A stretch of DNA of 64,000 nt, taken from positions 1,186 to 65,185 of IMG/VR virus record IMGVR_UViG_3300044530_001128; one strand, written 5' to 3'. Origin of the DNA: a virus. Lineage: Duplodnaviria; Caudoviricetes. The translations under genes and the position numbers were made by a program. Below the pieces are notes generated by a model, which did not search any database, was not told where the DNA came from, and worked only from the letters and a program-made list of their open reading frames with translations. Positions 1 to 9,980 of the stretch are shown here, in pieces; positions within the stretch are counted from its first letter, which is position 1; the number at the start of each line of letters is the position of its first letter.

Positions 1-5
1 AGGCC

Positions 6-1865
6 ATGGATAAGTTTGCGGCGTCGCAGCGCAGGCTTTCGGATTTGCGCGCCCAGCTTAACCGCACCCCGGGCGGTGTCGCCGCCCCCAAGGAAGGCCC
101 CACCCCTCTGTCCATGAGCGGACCCGGGGGCAGTGGCGTGTTCAGCCCGTTCTACAATATGACGGGCCTCGCGGATAAGCCGTGGACTACCAATAACAAT
201 CCCGGCAATATCATGCGGGACAAGAAATACGTCGTGTACGACACTCCCCTGTCGGGCACCATCGCGGCGATGAACAACCTTCGCCAGTACGGGCGCAACG
301 GGCCGCAGACGCTCAACGAGATCGGGGAAAAGTGGGCTCCGTGGGACGACGGCAAGACGCCCGCGCTCAAGGGCAATAATCCGCGCAATTGGGCTACGAA
401 CGTTGGCCGTTCGATGGGCGTCGGCACGGATGCCAAGCTTGACCTCAACGATGCCAATACGCTCGCGGCATTGCTGGCGGGTATCAAGGTTGCGGAGGGC
501 AGCAAGGTTCCGCTGAGCCCGCAAGTTCTTGCGGCCGCAGTTGCGTTTATCCGGGGCCATTCGTATGGCGGCGGGTCGGTGGCCCAAGTTACCAGTGCTA
601 CGAGCAGCCCCGGGGTTGGGGTATCCCCTGTCACTACCACCGGGCAGGCTCCTCCCTCTGCGCAAATCGCAAGCTCGCCTCCGGGGTACACCGTTGGACC
701 GGGTGGCGCACCCATTCCCCCGGGCTACGTGATGGACGTGAACGGGCAGCTTATCGAAGCACCCCGTGCTGTCTCTCCCGGCATGAACACCCTTAACCCG
801 GTGTCTAACGATCTGTACGGCAGGGCTCAAGCCATGGTGCAGACGGCCCCCGACGTGTCGCGTATTAGCGACCCGGAAGCCCGCGCTAAGATGGAAGCCC
901 TAATCCCGTTGCTGGAGAAACAGACCGAGCTTTACGGGAAGCTGGCCGAGTCCATCATCGCGCAGGGCGAGACGGAGGGTATCGTACTGGCCCAGCGTCG
1001 CGACCAGATCGGCATGCTTCTGGATGCCTATCAGGAAATGAACGTCGAAGTCGGGAGCATGTGGGAAGGTATGCAGTTCGGTCTTGCCAAGATGATCAAT
1101 CAGCAAGACACGATGTTCACCACTGCAACCAAGGCTACTGAATTCTTCGTGGATAGCAGCTTGGATATCATGGCCGGGTTCGCTGTAGGCACCGAGAAGG
1201 ACTTCGGTGCCTCCATGGCTCGCATGCTGCAGCAGTTGGCGCTTACTCTCGCTAAGGCCGCTCTGATGAAGATGGCGATGGGCATTGCCACCAGCTTCCT
1301 TGGCGGCACTCAGATTGGATCACTTCTGGGCCTCGCGGGTCCGGGGGTATTCAAAGGCACCGAACAATTCGGCCCGCCTGCCCCGGCCACTAGCGCTAAG
1401 GGCAATATCTTCCTCAATGGTGCCGTCGTTCAAAGCGCCAAGGGCAACGTTTTCATGGATGGCATACTATCGGGTCGGGTTGAGCAAGGCGTCCGTCGCC
1501 ACTCCATCGGCGGCATGGTCAACTCCAACCAGTATTTCCCCATGGCAGGCGGAGGGCAGGTCGGCAGTATCGGAGAGAAGGGCTCTTCCGAAGTCATCAT
1601 GCCCATCGTGCGTGGTTCGGGTGGACGCATGGGCGTACTGGCTGCGGGACAAGGCCCGAGCCTGAGCTACTCCCCAACCTACAACTTCAATGGAGGCGGT
1701 GGACAGGGCGGGGATCAGCCCAGCTTTAGCGCCCGGGACATGGAACGTCTCAAGAAGGAAATGGATCGGGAAACCACCGCTACCGTGGAGGCCGTCATGC
1801 AGCGTCACAGGGCACCGGGCGGCATGCTCAATGCCAGTTCTCTCAAGTATGGGCAGGTCGTATGA
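6..1865 (+). CDS. Tail tape measure protein, C-terminal part (probably begins before the window), with an inserted muramidase-like domain
   Basis: C-terminal SAKGN...GG...GEKGSSEVIMP motif typical of lambda-like TMP C-termini. Lies directly upstream of tail M/L/K/I/J. Internal NNNPGNI...KWAP...NNPRNW segment. Confidence 0.85.
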   Translation: MDKFAASQRRLSDLRAQLNRTPGGVAAPKEGPTPLSMSGPGGSGVFSPFYNMTGLADKPWTTNNNPGNIMRDKKYVVYDTPLSGTIAAMNNLRQYGRNGPQTLNEIGEKWAPWDDGKTPALKGNNPRNWATNVGRSMGVGTDAKLDLNDANTLAALLAGIKVAEGSKVPLSPQVLAAAVAFIRGHSYGGGSVAQVTSATSSPGVGVSPVTTTGQAPPSAQIASSPPGYTVGPGGAPIPPGYVMDVNGQLIEAPRAVSPGMNTLNPVSNDLYGRAQAMVQTAPDVSRISDPEARAKMEALIPLLEKQTELYGKLAESIIAQGETEGIVLAQRRDQIGMLLDAYQEMNVEVGSMWEGMQFGLAKMINQQDTMFTTATKATEFFVDSSLDIMAGFAVGTEKDFGASMARMLQQLALTLAKAALMKMAMGIATSFLGGTQIGSLLGLAGPGVFKGTEQFGPPAPATSAKGNIFLNGAVVQSAKGNVFMDGILSGRVEQGVRRHSIGGMVNSNQYFPMAGGGQVGSIGEKGSSEVIMPIVRGSGGRMGVLAAGQGPSLSYSPTYNFNGGGGQGGDQPSFSARDMERLKKEMDRETTATVEAVMQRHRAPGGMLNASSLKYGQVV

Positions 1866-2227
1866 GTACGCTTCTCACGTTCCCTGAAGGCATTCAATTG
1901 CCCGAGTTTCAGGGCATCCAGAGCAAGGTATCCTTCCGTATTCTGGAAACCGAGTTCGGGGACAACTACAGCCAACGTGCCGTGGATGGTATCAACCCAC
2001 GGCGCGAAGAATGGGCGCTCACATGGAACATGCTGCCCACGGTCGAAAAGGAAGTCATCGTGGACTTTCTGGATGAACGTGCCGGATGGCAGGCGTTCTA
2101 CTGGACCCCACCCAGCAAAAGCACAGCACGTATTTTTACGTGCAAGGAATACACCGAAGTGCCGATGTGGGTAGGCTTCTGGAAGCTGACGGCCACCTTC
2201 CGTCAGCAATTCGACCTTCCCACCTGA
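1862..2227 (+). CDS. M: Minor tail protein M (distal tail protein)
   Basis: EFGDNYSQRAVDGIN, FYWTPP and LTATFRQQF motifs of the lambda gpM family; position after the TMP. Confidence 0.92.
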   Translation: MSTLLTFPEGIQLPEFQGIQSKVSFRILETEFGDNYSQRAVDGINPRREEWALTWNMLPTVEKEVIVDFLDERAGWQAFYWTPPSKSTARIFTCKEYTEVPMWVGFWKLTATFRQQFDLPT

Positions 2228-2245
2228 TTTGCAAACGGTTGCAAA

Positions 2246-2974
2246 ATGCCCTTAGAAACCGACGAGCAAAACCTAGCCATAGGCCCCAGCGTCCATCTGT
2301 TTCAGTTGGACGCAACCAGCCTTGGCGGGACCATCGAACATTTCACCAACACCACGGATTTGGAGGGGCCTAACAACGGCCTTGTCAGCTTCGGCGGACA
2401 GGTGTACACCCCCATCGATATCCAAGTCGATGGCTTCGAAGTATCCGGTCGCGGGCAGTTGCCCACCCCTGTCGTGAGGTTCGCCAACACGCAGCGTACC
2501 CTGACGGCGGCCACCACGCAGTACAAAGATTTCGTCGGAGCCAAGATCACGCGTATTCGCACTCTGGCGAAGTATCTGGATGGATGGCCCGATGCGGACC
2601 CCACCGCTTTCTGGCCGCCAGACGTTTACCGGGTGGCCCAGAAATCGGGGCAGAACCGGCTATTCATCGAATTCAAATTGGAGGCGTGGACGGACCTAGA
2701 GGGCGAAAGCCTTCCGGGCCGTAAGATCACCCGTAATTACTGTCGTCGGGTATATCGAATGTTCGACCCCGAGACGCAGAATTTGGTTTACTCCAAAGGG
2801 GATTTCGTGGCAGACTGTCCCTATGTAGGAGATACCTACTATACGATCCTCGGGGCGGTTACCGGGGACATGTCTAAAGACGTTTGCGGGAAGCAGTATT
2901 CGGATTGCAAGAAGCGGTTCGGCACTGAGCCCATTCCGGGCTACCACTTCCCCGGCGCTGGAAGGATGCGGTAA
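2246..2974 (+). CDS. L: Minor tail protein L
   Basis: RIRTLAKYLDG...ADP motif and C-terminal Cys cluster (C..CPY...DVCGKQYSDCKKRFG) typical of gpL. Confidence 0.93.
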   Translation: MPLETDEQNLAIGPSVHLFQLDATSLGGTIEHFTNTTDLEGPNNGLVSFGGQVYTPIDIQVDGFEVSGRGQLPTPVVRFANTQRTLTAATTQYKDFVGAKITRIRTLAKYLDGWPDADPTAFWPPDVYRVAQKSGQNRLFIEFKLEAWTDLEGESLPGRKITRNYCRRVYRMFDPETQNLVYSKGDFVADCPYVGDTYYTILGAVTGDMSKDVCGKQYSDCKKRFGTEPIPGYHFPGAGRMR

Positions 2975-3705
2975 TGTTCAGCGTTGCACCCAATCTACTT
3001 GAAGACATGAAGCGCCACGCCATGGAGCAATTCCCCGAAGAGAGTTGCGGGGTGCTTACTGAGGATGCGTACATCCCCATCCCAAACGTGGCCGAGCAGC
3101 CTCATGTGGATTTCCTCATGGCGGCGGCCCCGTGGCATGAGTTGTATCTTTCCGGCGTAGTCCGTGCCGTCGTGCACAGTCACTCCTCTGGTACGGCGCA
3201 CCCCAGCAAGAGCGACATGATCAGCCAGCGGGACGTAGCCCTCCCCTTCGGCATTGTCGTCATGAACAACAAGACTTCCGTCCGGGAAGTTTTTTGGTTT
3301 GGGGATCAAGCCCGGGACATGACCCGTCCCTACGAAGGGCGAGTGTTCCGGCACGGGGTGGATGACTGTTACGAACTTGCCCGGGAATGGTACAAGCGCG
3401 AGCGAAACGTGTCGCTGCCGTACTTCCCCCGCAACGCCAACTGGTGGAACACCGGCGACGAAGTGCTGCGCGATAACTTCGCGGACATGGGGTTCAAGGA
3501 AATCGACTTCCGGCAGCTTAAGCCGGGTGACGCCCTTCTCATGCACATCATGTCGCAGAAAATCAATCACTGCGGCGTGTACTCGGGGAACGACATTCTC
3601 CTACACCATCTGTGGGGCTCCGAGAACCGTGTCCGCTATTCCCGACGCGACAACATCCATGCGTGGCGCAGCAGCATTTCCAAGTGCCTGCGTTACGCTC
3701 CGTAA
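2974..3705 (+). CDS. K: Tail assembly protein K (JAB/MPN plus NlpC/P60)
   Basis: PEESCG...VHSH...PSKSD JAB motif, then GVDDCY...NHCGVY...LHH NlpC/P60 motif. Confidence 0.93.
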   Translation: MFSVAPNLLEDMKRHAMEQFPEESCGVLTEDAYIPIPNVAEQPHVDFLMAAAPWHELYLSGVVRAVVHSHSSGTAHPSKSDMISQRDVALPFGIVVMNNKTSVREVFWFGDQARDMTRPYEGRVFRHGVDDCYELAREWYKRERNVSLPYFPRNANWWNTGDEVLRDNFADMGFKEIDFRQLKPGDALLMHIMSQKINHCGVYSGNDILLHHLWGSENRVRYSRRDNIHAWRSSISKCLRYAP

Positions 3706-3726
3706 CTTTTGCAAACGGTTGCAAAC

Positions 3727-4452
3727 ATGGTCGTCAAGCGCAAAGTACACTTCCACGGGCATCTAGCCGAAGAGCTTGGTCGCCAGACCTTTACGCTCGC
3801 CGCTAACAGCCCCGCGCATGCCTTGCGCATCGTTGACGCCAACTACCCGGGAGCGGTGTCCCGGGCCTTTCGCGAAGGCAGTTACCGGATCATTCTCGGG
3901 GACCTTGCCAACGACAACGCCCTGCACCCGGACATGGTGGATTTCAACTGTCCGCAAGGACAGGACATTCATTTCGTTCCGGTACCCTTCGGCTCGGGCG
4001 GCGGTAACAAGGGCGGAGTGTTCGGCATCATTCTCGGAGTGTTGCTTATCGCCGTCGCTATCGCCGCAACTCCGTTTACTGGAGGTATGTCTCTGGCCGC
4101 TGCGGGCAGCTTGATGGCTAGCACGACTTTTCTGGGCATATCCATGTCCAGTATAGCGTTGTTCGGCGCGGCCCTTGTGTTGGGCGGCGTAGCGCAGTTG
4201 CTAACGCCCACACCATCGCAAGAGGATGGGCTTATACCTGACGCTGACGTGACCAGCGACAATTCCGACAAGCGCTCCAGCTTCCTGTTCAACGGGGTTA
4301 TCAATTCCGAGGAAGAGGGAATGTGCGTGCCTGTGTGCTACGGCTTCTTTCGCTGCGGCAGCATCGTGGTATCGGGTGGCGTCTTCCATGAGCGCATCGA
4401 TCCGAATGCTACCGACATCACTTCCCCCGCTGTTGTAGACGTGGACATCTAA
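3727..4452 (+). CDS. I: Tail assembly protein I
   Basis: Ubiquitin-like N-terminus, hydrophobic Gly-rich middle, SFLFNG...G.CVPVCYG...GSIVVS motif. ATG at 3727 is preferred over TTG at 3709, which lies inside a palindrome. Confidence 0.9.
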   Translation: MVVKRKVHFHGHLAEELGRQTFTLAANSPAHALRIVDANYPGAVSRAFREGSYRIILGDLANDNALHPDMVDFNCPQGQDIHFVPVPFGSGGGNKGGVFGIILGVLLIAVAIAATPFTGGMSLAAAGSLMASTTFLGISMSSIALFGAALVLGGVAQLLTPTPSQEDGLIPDADVTSDNSDKRSSFLFNGVINSEEEGMCVPVCYGFFRCGSIVVSGGVFHERIDPNATDITSPAVVDVDI

Positions 4453-4454
4453 TC

Positions 4455-7400
4455 ATGCCCGACGGAATTCTGCCTAACCGAGGCGTAGCGGTACCTCAAG
4501 GCGCTGGTGGTAAGTCCGGTAGTCCGGCTCCGCAACAGCAGCAAGTCTATCGCCCTGTCCAAACCCCGGACAGTATTCGGTCAAAGGCTATTGCCCGGTT
4601 CACCGAGGTTCTGTCAGAAGGCCCCGTGAAAGGGCCGAAGAACGCCGGGCAGTCATTCACATTCGGGGGCACGCCGCTCCAGAATGGCGACGGCACGTAC
4701 AACTACAAGGGCGTGTTCACGGATTTTCGCTACGGCTATCCCACGCAGGACCCGTTCGTCGGGCTGACTGACGTTGAGACGGAAGTAAACGTCGATCAGC
4801 AGGCCAAGGCATCGTTGAACATCGCGGAAAAGGCGGTGGTTACGAACGGCGGCAGCGGGTACAGTTCCGAACCGGACGTGACCTTTCCGAATAATCCCGG
4901 CATGACCGGGTACGCCACCGTATCTGGTGGCAAGGTCGTGAGCGTAACCTTGACCGGTTTCGGCGCTAACATTGTAACGGCTACGGTGCCTGTTACATTC
5001 ACTGGCGGCGGTGGTACGGGCGCTGCGGCTTATTGCACTGTAGGCGGCGGGGTAATCCGCACCATCGCCAATGAGGACCTAGACGCTCTGCGCGTGACCA
5101 TGCGCGTTGACGCGTTGTATGCCCAGACCGACAAGGGCGACCTATACGGTAACTCCATCCAATTCCGCTGGCAGATTAAGCCAAACGGGGAAGATTGGCA
5201 GCTTCCCGATTGGCCGGGGCTTTTTAGCCCTCTTGCGACCGGATCGCTCACCACGCCGGTAGCGTCTGGCATCGCCGCTACTGTTTCGACAACTCTCACC
5301 AAGACAGGCCCGTGGGAACTCAAGGTTGAGTACACTCAGGCGGGGCTGGAAGGGTCGGGTCCGTGGTACGAGCTAGGCTCCGATAGCGGGCAGTTCACCG
5401 CTGACAAGGACCTCACCGGACAGGTCAAGACGGCCTACATCGAACGGACGTTCTACACCAAGACGCCCGCTTTCGGCACGACGGCCTATACCTTTAGGAT
5501 CGTGAAAGGCACCCGGGTAAACGTCGGCTACTACTCCAATGACGGGGTTATCTCGATCAGCGAGAAGAACATGTCCCCGGTCGATATGCAGTATCGTATC
5601 GCGCTGCCTGCGGGCAAGGCCCCGTGGCAAGTGCGGCTGCAGCGGTTCAAGAAGGATGCTACCGACACCAAGATACAGGATACCTTTAGCTGGCGGTCGT
5701 ACACCGAAATAACCGAAGCTCGGATGATGTATGCCGACACCGCGTGTGTTAACTACACGGTGGACTCGCAGTATTTCGGCAACCAGATATCGACCCGGGG
5801 CGTCGATATGTACGGGCGGATTATCTCTGTCCCGAGCAACTACTACCCGGTCGATCCGAATGTCCGGCACGTCATCGGCTACAACACTAATTTCACGTCG
5901 AACCTCAGTTCGGCTCTGTGGAATTGGGACCGCTCCAATGTGAACATGACTAGCCGTACTGCTGTGCCAGCGAGCCCCACCGGCTACGATAGCATCATGA
6001 CCAGCACGGCGGGCAACACTCTCATTGTGCAAAGCAATCCCTATACTGGCAGCGAGCGCCAGTGGACGGCCGTAGCAATCGTAAATCCGAATAAAGGCAC
6101 GACCCCTCTGAGCAGGGCTCTACGGCTGGGCTTCGGGTACACAGGTCCCGGTGCGTCGTATGTTCAATGGACGCCCTCGACTAACGCTGTAACAGCCGCC
6201 GCTGGCGCGTCGTGGGTTGTGGACGATTACGACGTGACGCCGCTGAATGACGGGTACTATCGTCTACGCATCACCGTAACCGCTACGGTGGACATAGTTT
6301 TTACGCGGGCATATTTGCAGGTGTTAGCCACGTTGACCGGCGAGACTTACTGTGTATCCGGTATAACGGCGGTGGCTGGGCCAAATCTGCTCACCTTTAC
6401 GGAGACTGGCGATGTCAATCCGGCCACGTCCAACGGGCCGGTCCTCGGCGCAAGGTACGGGCAGGATCGCTATTACGATGGCCTTTGGGATGGTTCGTTC
6501 AAGCAAGAGTGGACGGACAATCCGGCGTGGTGTTTCCACGACATGGTCACGCATCGTCGCTATGGGTGCGGCCGGTATATCAACGCAAATGCGGTTGACG
6601 CCGCCGCCCTTTACCAGATCGGCAAATACTGCGATGAGCTTGTCCCCGATGGTTTCGGGGGCGTCGAGCCGAGGTTTACGCTTAACGTACAGATCAAGAA
6701 CGACGAACAGGCATACACCGTACTCAATACGATGGTGTCGGCCTTTCGTGGCATTCTGTTCTGGGCGGCGGGCTACGTCGGCGCTGCCGCTGATATGCCC
6801 CGGGCTACGCAACGCCTTGTCTCCCGGGCTAACGTGGTCGGCGGCGATTTCAACTATGTAGGCACAGCGCGTAAAGCGCGCCATTCCGTTGCCTCCGTGA
6901 AATGGGTCAATCCCGAGGATCGCTGGCAGAACAACTACGAAATCGTGGAAGACCCGGAGCTAGTCTCTCGTTTCGGGTACAACGCCACCAGCGTAGTCGG
7001 CTTCGGTGTCACCAGCCGGGGGCTAGCGCGCCGTCTCGGCCTATGGATTTTGGACACCGAAAAGTACGCCAGCGAAATGGTCACGTACAAGGCGGGCATC
7101 GATCACATCGATGCTGCTCCGGGCGAGATCATCAGCATTGCTGATCCGGCCTATGCGGGCATTCGTCAAGGTGGTCGTCTCAAGGGCGGGGCCACCACCA
7201 CTACGGCCACCATGGATGCGCCGTACACGTTCAATGCCGACGAAGAATATAGCGCAACGGTCCAAATCCCCTCTTGGGGTAAAGTAACTTCGACGGCCAA
7301 TGTCGCCAACATCACGGGCGTTGGTACCAAGTTTACCTATAACATCCAAGTCGGCGACATGTTCATGTTCAAGGACGTGCCGCAGCAGTTCAAAGTCACG

Positions 7401-9458
7401 GCCGTGCCCGGGGTCACCACGCTAACACTGGACCCGGCACCGACCACCAGCTACACAAAGCGTGAATGGTCCGTGTGGCGTAACGGCTCGCTGGTCGTGC
7501 ATTCTGAAATGACCGTCGTGGACATGGACCTCGTCAATCCCGCGTCCGGGATTACCGAAACGGTCGAGACGGATTTGCTAACGTTTGCAAATCCTCTGCC
7601 GTTCGCCCCGCAGTCGGAAGCGATGTTCAATCTGCTATCGAACAACGTGGAGCCCCGCCAGTTTCGTATCTTGGTTAACAAGGAATTGGATAATCTCCAG
7701 TTCGAGATCACGGCTATTGAGCATGATCCGACCAAGTACGCCCGCATCGAGAACAACATCCTTGTAACCCCGATCAAGAAACAGATCGACGTTAACACCC
7801 CGCTTACTCCTATTCCGTCGCTGACTGCCGTCGAACAGCTTTACAAGGCTAGCGGCGTGACTAAGAGCCGTATTACCGTAAGCTGGGAGGGCGACACCGA
7901 TGCCCGGGTGACCCACTACAAGCTACAGGTTCGGTTCAACGGGGCAGAGTGGCAAGACCTAGCCGTTACTCCGGGCACGTCCTTCACCATGGACAATACC
8001 GGTGTTGGCGAGTACATCTTCGGGGTCAAGAAGTACGGCACGTTCGTCCCTGCGACGGATTGGAAGTACGTCACAATCAATGCACTCGGCAAGTCGGCTC
8101 CCCCGGCGGATGTGGCTAACTTGACCGCAGTGCGTACAGTAAATGGCGTACAGTTGTCGTGGGACAAAGTAGTTGACCTCGATGTCGTCGGCTACGAAAT
8201 CCGCGAAGGAGTTTCGTGGGATACCTACACGAAGGTGATCACTGCGGACCTCCGTGGCACGTCTTTCTATGTCCAGATTGACGACAAGCTAGACCATACG
8301 TTTCATGTCAAGGCTATTGACGAGGTCCCGCAATACAGCACCAGCCCCGCTACCATTGTCACGTCGGTAAGTGCACCCGGCGATGTGACAGGGTTCGCGT
8401 CTATCCCTGACGACGACCGCGTACAGTTTCGTTGGGACAAGGTACTTGGTGAAAACGTACGGTACGAAATCCGGGAAGGGGCTAGTTTTGGTTCGGGCGT
8501 ACCGGTAGGCGTGTTCGGCGGCACCACCGCCAACGTCCTGTATCCTAATTCGGGCGACCGGATATTTTGGATTAAGGCGCTGTCGTCTGTCGGCCTGTAC
8601 AGCGTCAATGCAGCCACGACCTCCGTGCTTGTGCAATACGTTGTGAGCCGTAACGAGATATTCGAGGCGGTGCAGTCCGTACTTGGATGGCCCGGGGTAC
8701 CCCACGAACTGGAAGTCAGCGCTGGGCAACTTAAATTCCCTAGCGCCAGTACCCAAATGGTGGGAACCTATTACTACGAATTTGACACGGGCCTTTACGC
8801 GAAGGTTCGTACGTGGCACGACTACAGCATCGCAGTCGATCTAGCCACTCCGACTTGGGCGGCGGCTACTTTCACTTGGAGTAGCCCGGACGCGCAAAAC
8901 TTGGTATGGACACCGCGAGGGGACCTTGAAGGCTCCAGAGCGGAGAGCCGTATCTCTACCAAGTTGGCGACGATCCCCTCCCCCATTGTCGAAGCCTTTA
9001 GGCTCGATAATTCAACCACTGGCATTAGGGGCACGACCATCGGGGCAAGCGCAGGTATCGCCTACGCCCCGGCTAGGTTCGCGGACGGTCTTGTGCTTGA
9101 ACAGACGATGTCTGCGACATGGGCTATCGCTATCCCATCCACCTTCAACTACACCTTCACTATCAGGTTCACACCGCTGCCCTCAGAAGCCTGCCGTTAC
9201 TGGAGAATATACAACGGTGGGGGCGGTTGGCTGGAGCTTTGGTACTACGAAGACACGGCGGAAGTCGGCCTGCTCGGGAGCGACGGTAACGAAATAAAGT
9301 TGTCGCTTTCTCTTTTGGTCGATGATATAGTCACCTTCGGTGTCGCGCAGTCCAGCACACAACGCGGGTTCTATATCTCCAATCTCCGAAGCGGAGTATC
9401 TTTGCAAACGGTTGCAAATCATTCCGCCATCGGGGCGTTCACTCATATGGCAATCTAG
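4455..9458 (+). CDS. J: Central tail fibre / tip host-specificity protein J
   Basis: 1667 aa. LSEGPV.G, WDGSFKQEWTDNPAW and YCDELVPDGFGGVEPRF motifs; C-terminal FN3-like repeats. Confidence 0.95.
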   Translation: MPDGILPNRGVAVPQGAGGKSGSPAPQQQQVYRPVQTPDSIRSKAIARFTEVLSEGPVKGPKNAGQSFTFGGTPLQNGDGTYNYKGVFTDFRYGYPTQDPFVGLTDVETEVNVDQQAKASLNIAEKAVVTNGGSGYSSEPDVTFPNNPGMTGYATVSGGKVVSVTLTGFGANIVTATVPVTFTGGGGTGAAAYCTVGGGVIRTIANEDLDALRVTMRVDALYAQTDKGDLYGNSIQFRWQIKPNGEDWQLPDWPGLFSPLATGSLTTPVASGIAATVSTTLTKTGPWELKVEYTQAGLEGSGPWYELGSDSGQFTADKDLTGQVKTAYIERTFYTKTPAFGTTAYTFRIVKGTRVNVGYYSNDGVISISEKNMSPVDMQYRIALPAGKAPWQVRLQRFKKDATDTKIQDTFSWRSYTEITEARMMYADTACVNYTVDSQYFGNQISTRGVDMYGRIISVPSNYYPVDPNVRHVIGYNTNFTSNLSSALWNWDRSNVNMTSRTAVPASPTGYDSIMTSTAGNTLIVQSNPYTGSERQWTAVAIVNPNKGTTPLSRALRLGFGYTGPGASYVQWTPSTNAVTAAAGASWVVDDYDVTPLNDGYYRLRITVTATVDIVFTRAYLQVLATLTGETYCVSGITAVAGPNLLTFTETGDVNPATSNGPVLGARYGQDRYYDGLWDGSFKQEWTDNPAWCFHDMVTHRRYGCGRYINANAVDAAALYQIGKYCDELVPDGFGGVEPRFTLNVQIKNDEQAYTVLNTMVSAFRGILFWAAGYVGAAADMPRATQRLVSRANVVGGDFNYVGTARKARHSVASVKWVNPEDRWQNNYEIVEDPELVSRFGYNATSVVGFGVTSRGLARRLGLWILDTEKYASEMVTYKAGIDHIDAAPGEIISIADPAYAGIRQGGRLKGGATTTTATMDAPYTFNADEEYSATVQIPSWGKVTSTANVANITGVGTKFTYNIQVGDMFMFKDVPQQFKVTAVPGVTTLTLDPAPTTSYTKREWSVWRNGSLVVHSEMTVVDMDLVNPASGITETVETDLLTFANPLPFAPQSEAMFNLLSNNVEPRQFRILVNKELDNLQFEITAIEHDPTKYARIENNILVTPIKKQIDVNTPLTPIPSLTAVEQLYKASGVTKSRITVSWEGDTDARVTHYKLQVRFNGAEWQDLAVTPGTSFTMDNTGVGEYIFGVKKYGTFVPATDWKYVTINALGKSAPPADVANLTAVRTVNGVQLSWDKVVDLDVVGYEIREGVSWDTYTKVITADLRGTSFYVQIDDKLDHTFHVKAIDEVPQYSTSPATIVTSVSAPGDVTGFASIPDDDRVQFRWDKVLGENVRYEIREGASFGSGVPVGVFGGTTANVLYPNSGDRIFWIKALSSVGLYSVNAATTSVLVQYVVSRNEIFEAVQSVLGWPGVPHELEVSAGQLKFPSASTQMVGTYYYEFDTGLYAKVRTWHDYSIAVDLATPTWAAATFTWSSPDAQNLVWTPRGDLEGSRAESRISTKLATIPSPIVEAFRLDNSTTGIRGTTIGASAGIAYAPARFADGLVLEQTMSATWAIAIPSTFNYTFTIRFTPLPSEACRYWRIYNGGGGWLELWYYEDTAEVGLLGSDGNEIKLSLSLLVDDIVTFGVAQSSTQRGFYISNLRSGVSLQTVANHSAIGAFTHMAI

Positions 9459-9470
9459 GAGGGACTAAAC

Positions 9471-9980
9471 GTGAATAGCATTCGGCAAGTTAGCGCAGCG
9501 GCACTGTCCGCACTGGCGAACAGGATCGGCGGACACGGGTTCGGGGAGCGACTGCCTCTCAAGGGCTCGTGGGAATTCATTCTCACCGACCGAGACGGTA
9601 AGGTTCAGGATTACCGCAAGAAGGACAACCTGATCACCGACGTGGGCTTCCAGTTCCTCGCTGACACGTCCTTCATCGCTTCCGGTCGCCCGGCCATCGG
9701 CAACTATACGGCCATTGGCGCGACGGCAACGGCTCCCGCTGCTGGCAACACGGCGCTGGGATCGCAGCTTGCCCGTCAGACGAACACGTACAGCTACGCG
9801 GCCAAGGTTGCTACGCTGTCCACCACGTTCGCCGCTGGCACCGGCACCGGGGCGGTCGTGGAGGCTGGCATCCTCAATGCCTCTACTGCGGGCGTCCTGC
9901 TCAACCGTGTCACCTTCACGGTCATCAACAAGGGCGCGCTCGACACCCTCGCCGTGAACTTCACGCTCACGCTGTCGTAA
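9471..9980 (+). CDS. Tail-associated structural protein
   Basis: RBS GGAGG before GTG. NLITDVG...AIG...E.GILNA...LLNR pattern common in small tail-fibre-associated proteins. Confidence 0.7.
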   Translation: MNSIRQVSAAALSALANRIGGHGFGERLPLKGSWEFILTDRDGKVQDYRKKDNLITDVGFQFLADTSFIASGRPAIGNYTAIGATATAPAAGNTALGSQLARQTNTYSYAAKVATLSTTFAAGTGTGAVVEAGILNASTAGVLLNRVTFTVINKGALDTLAVNFTLTLS

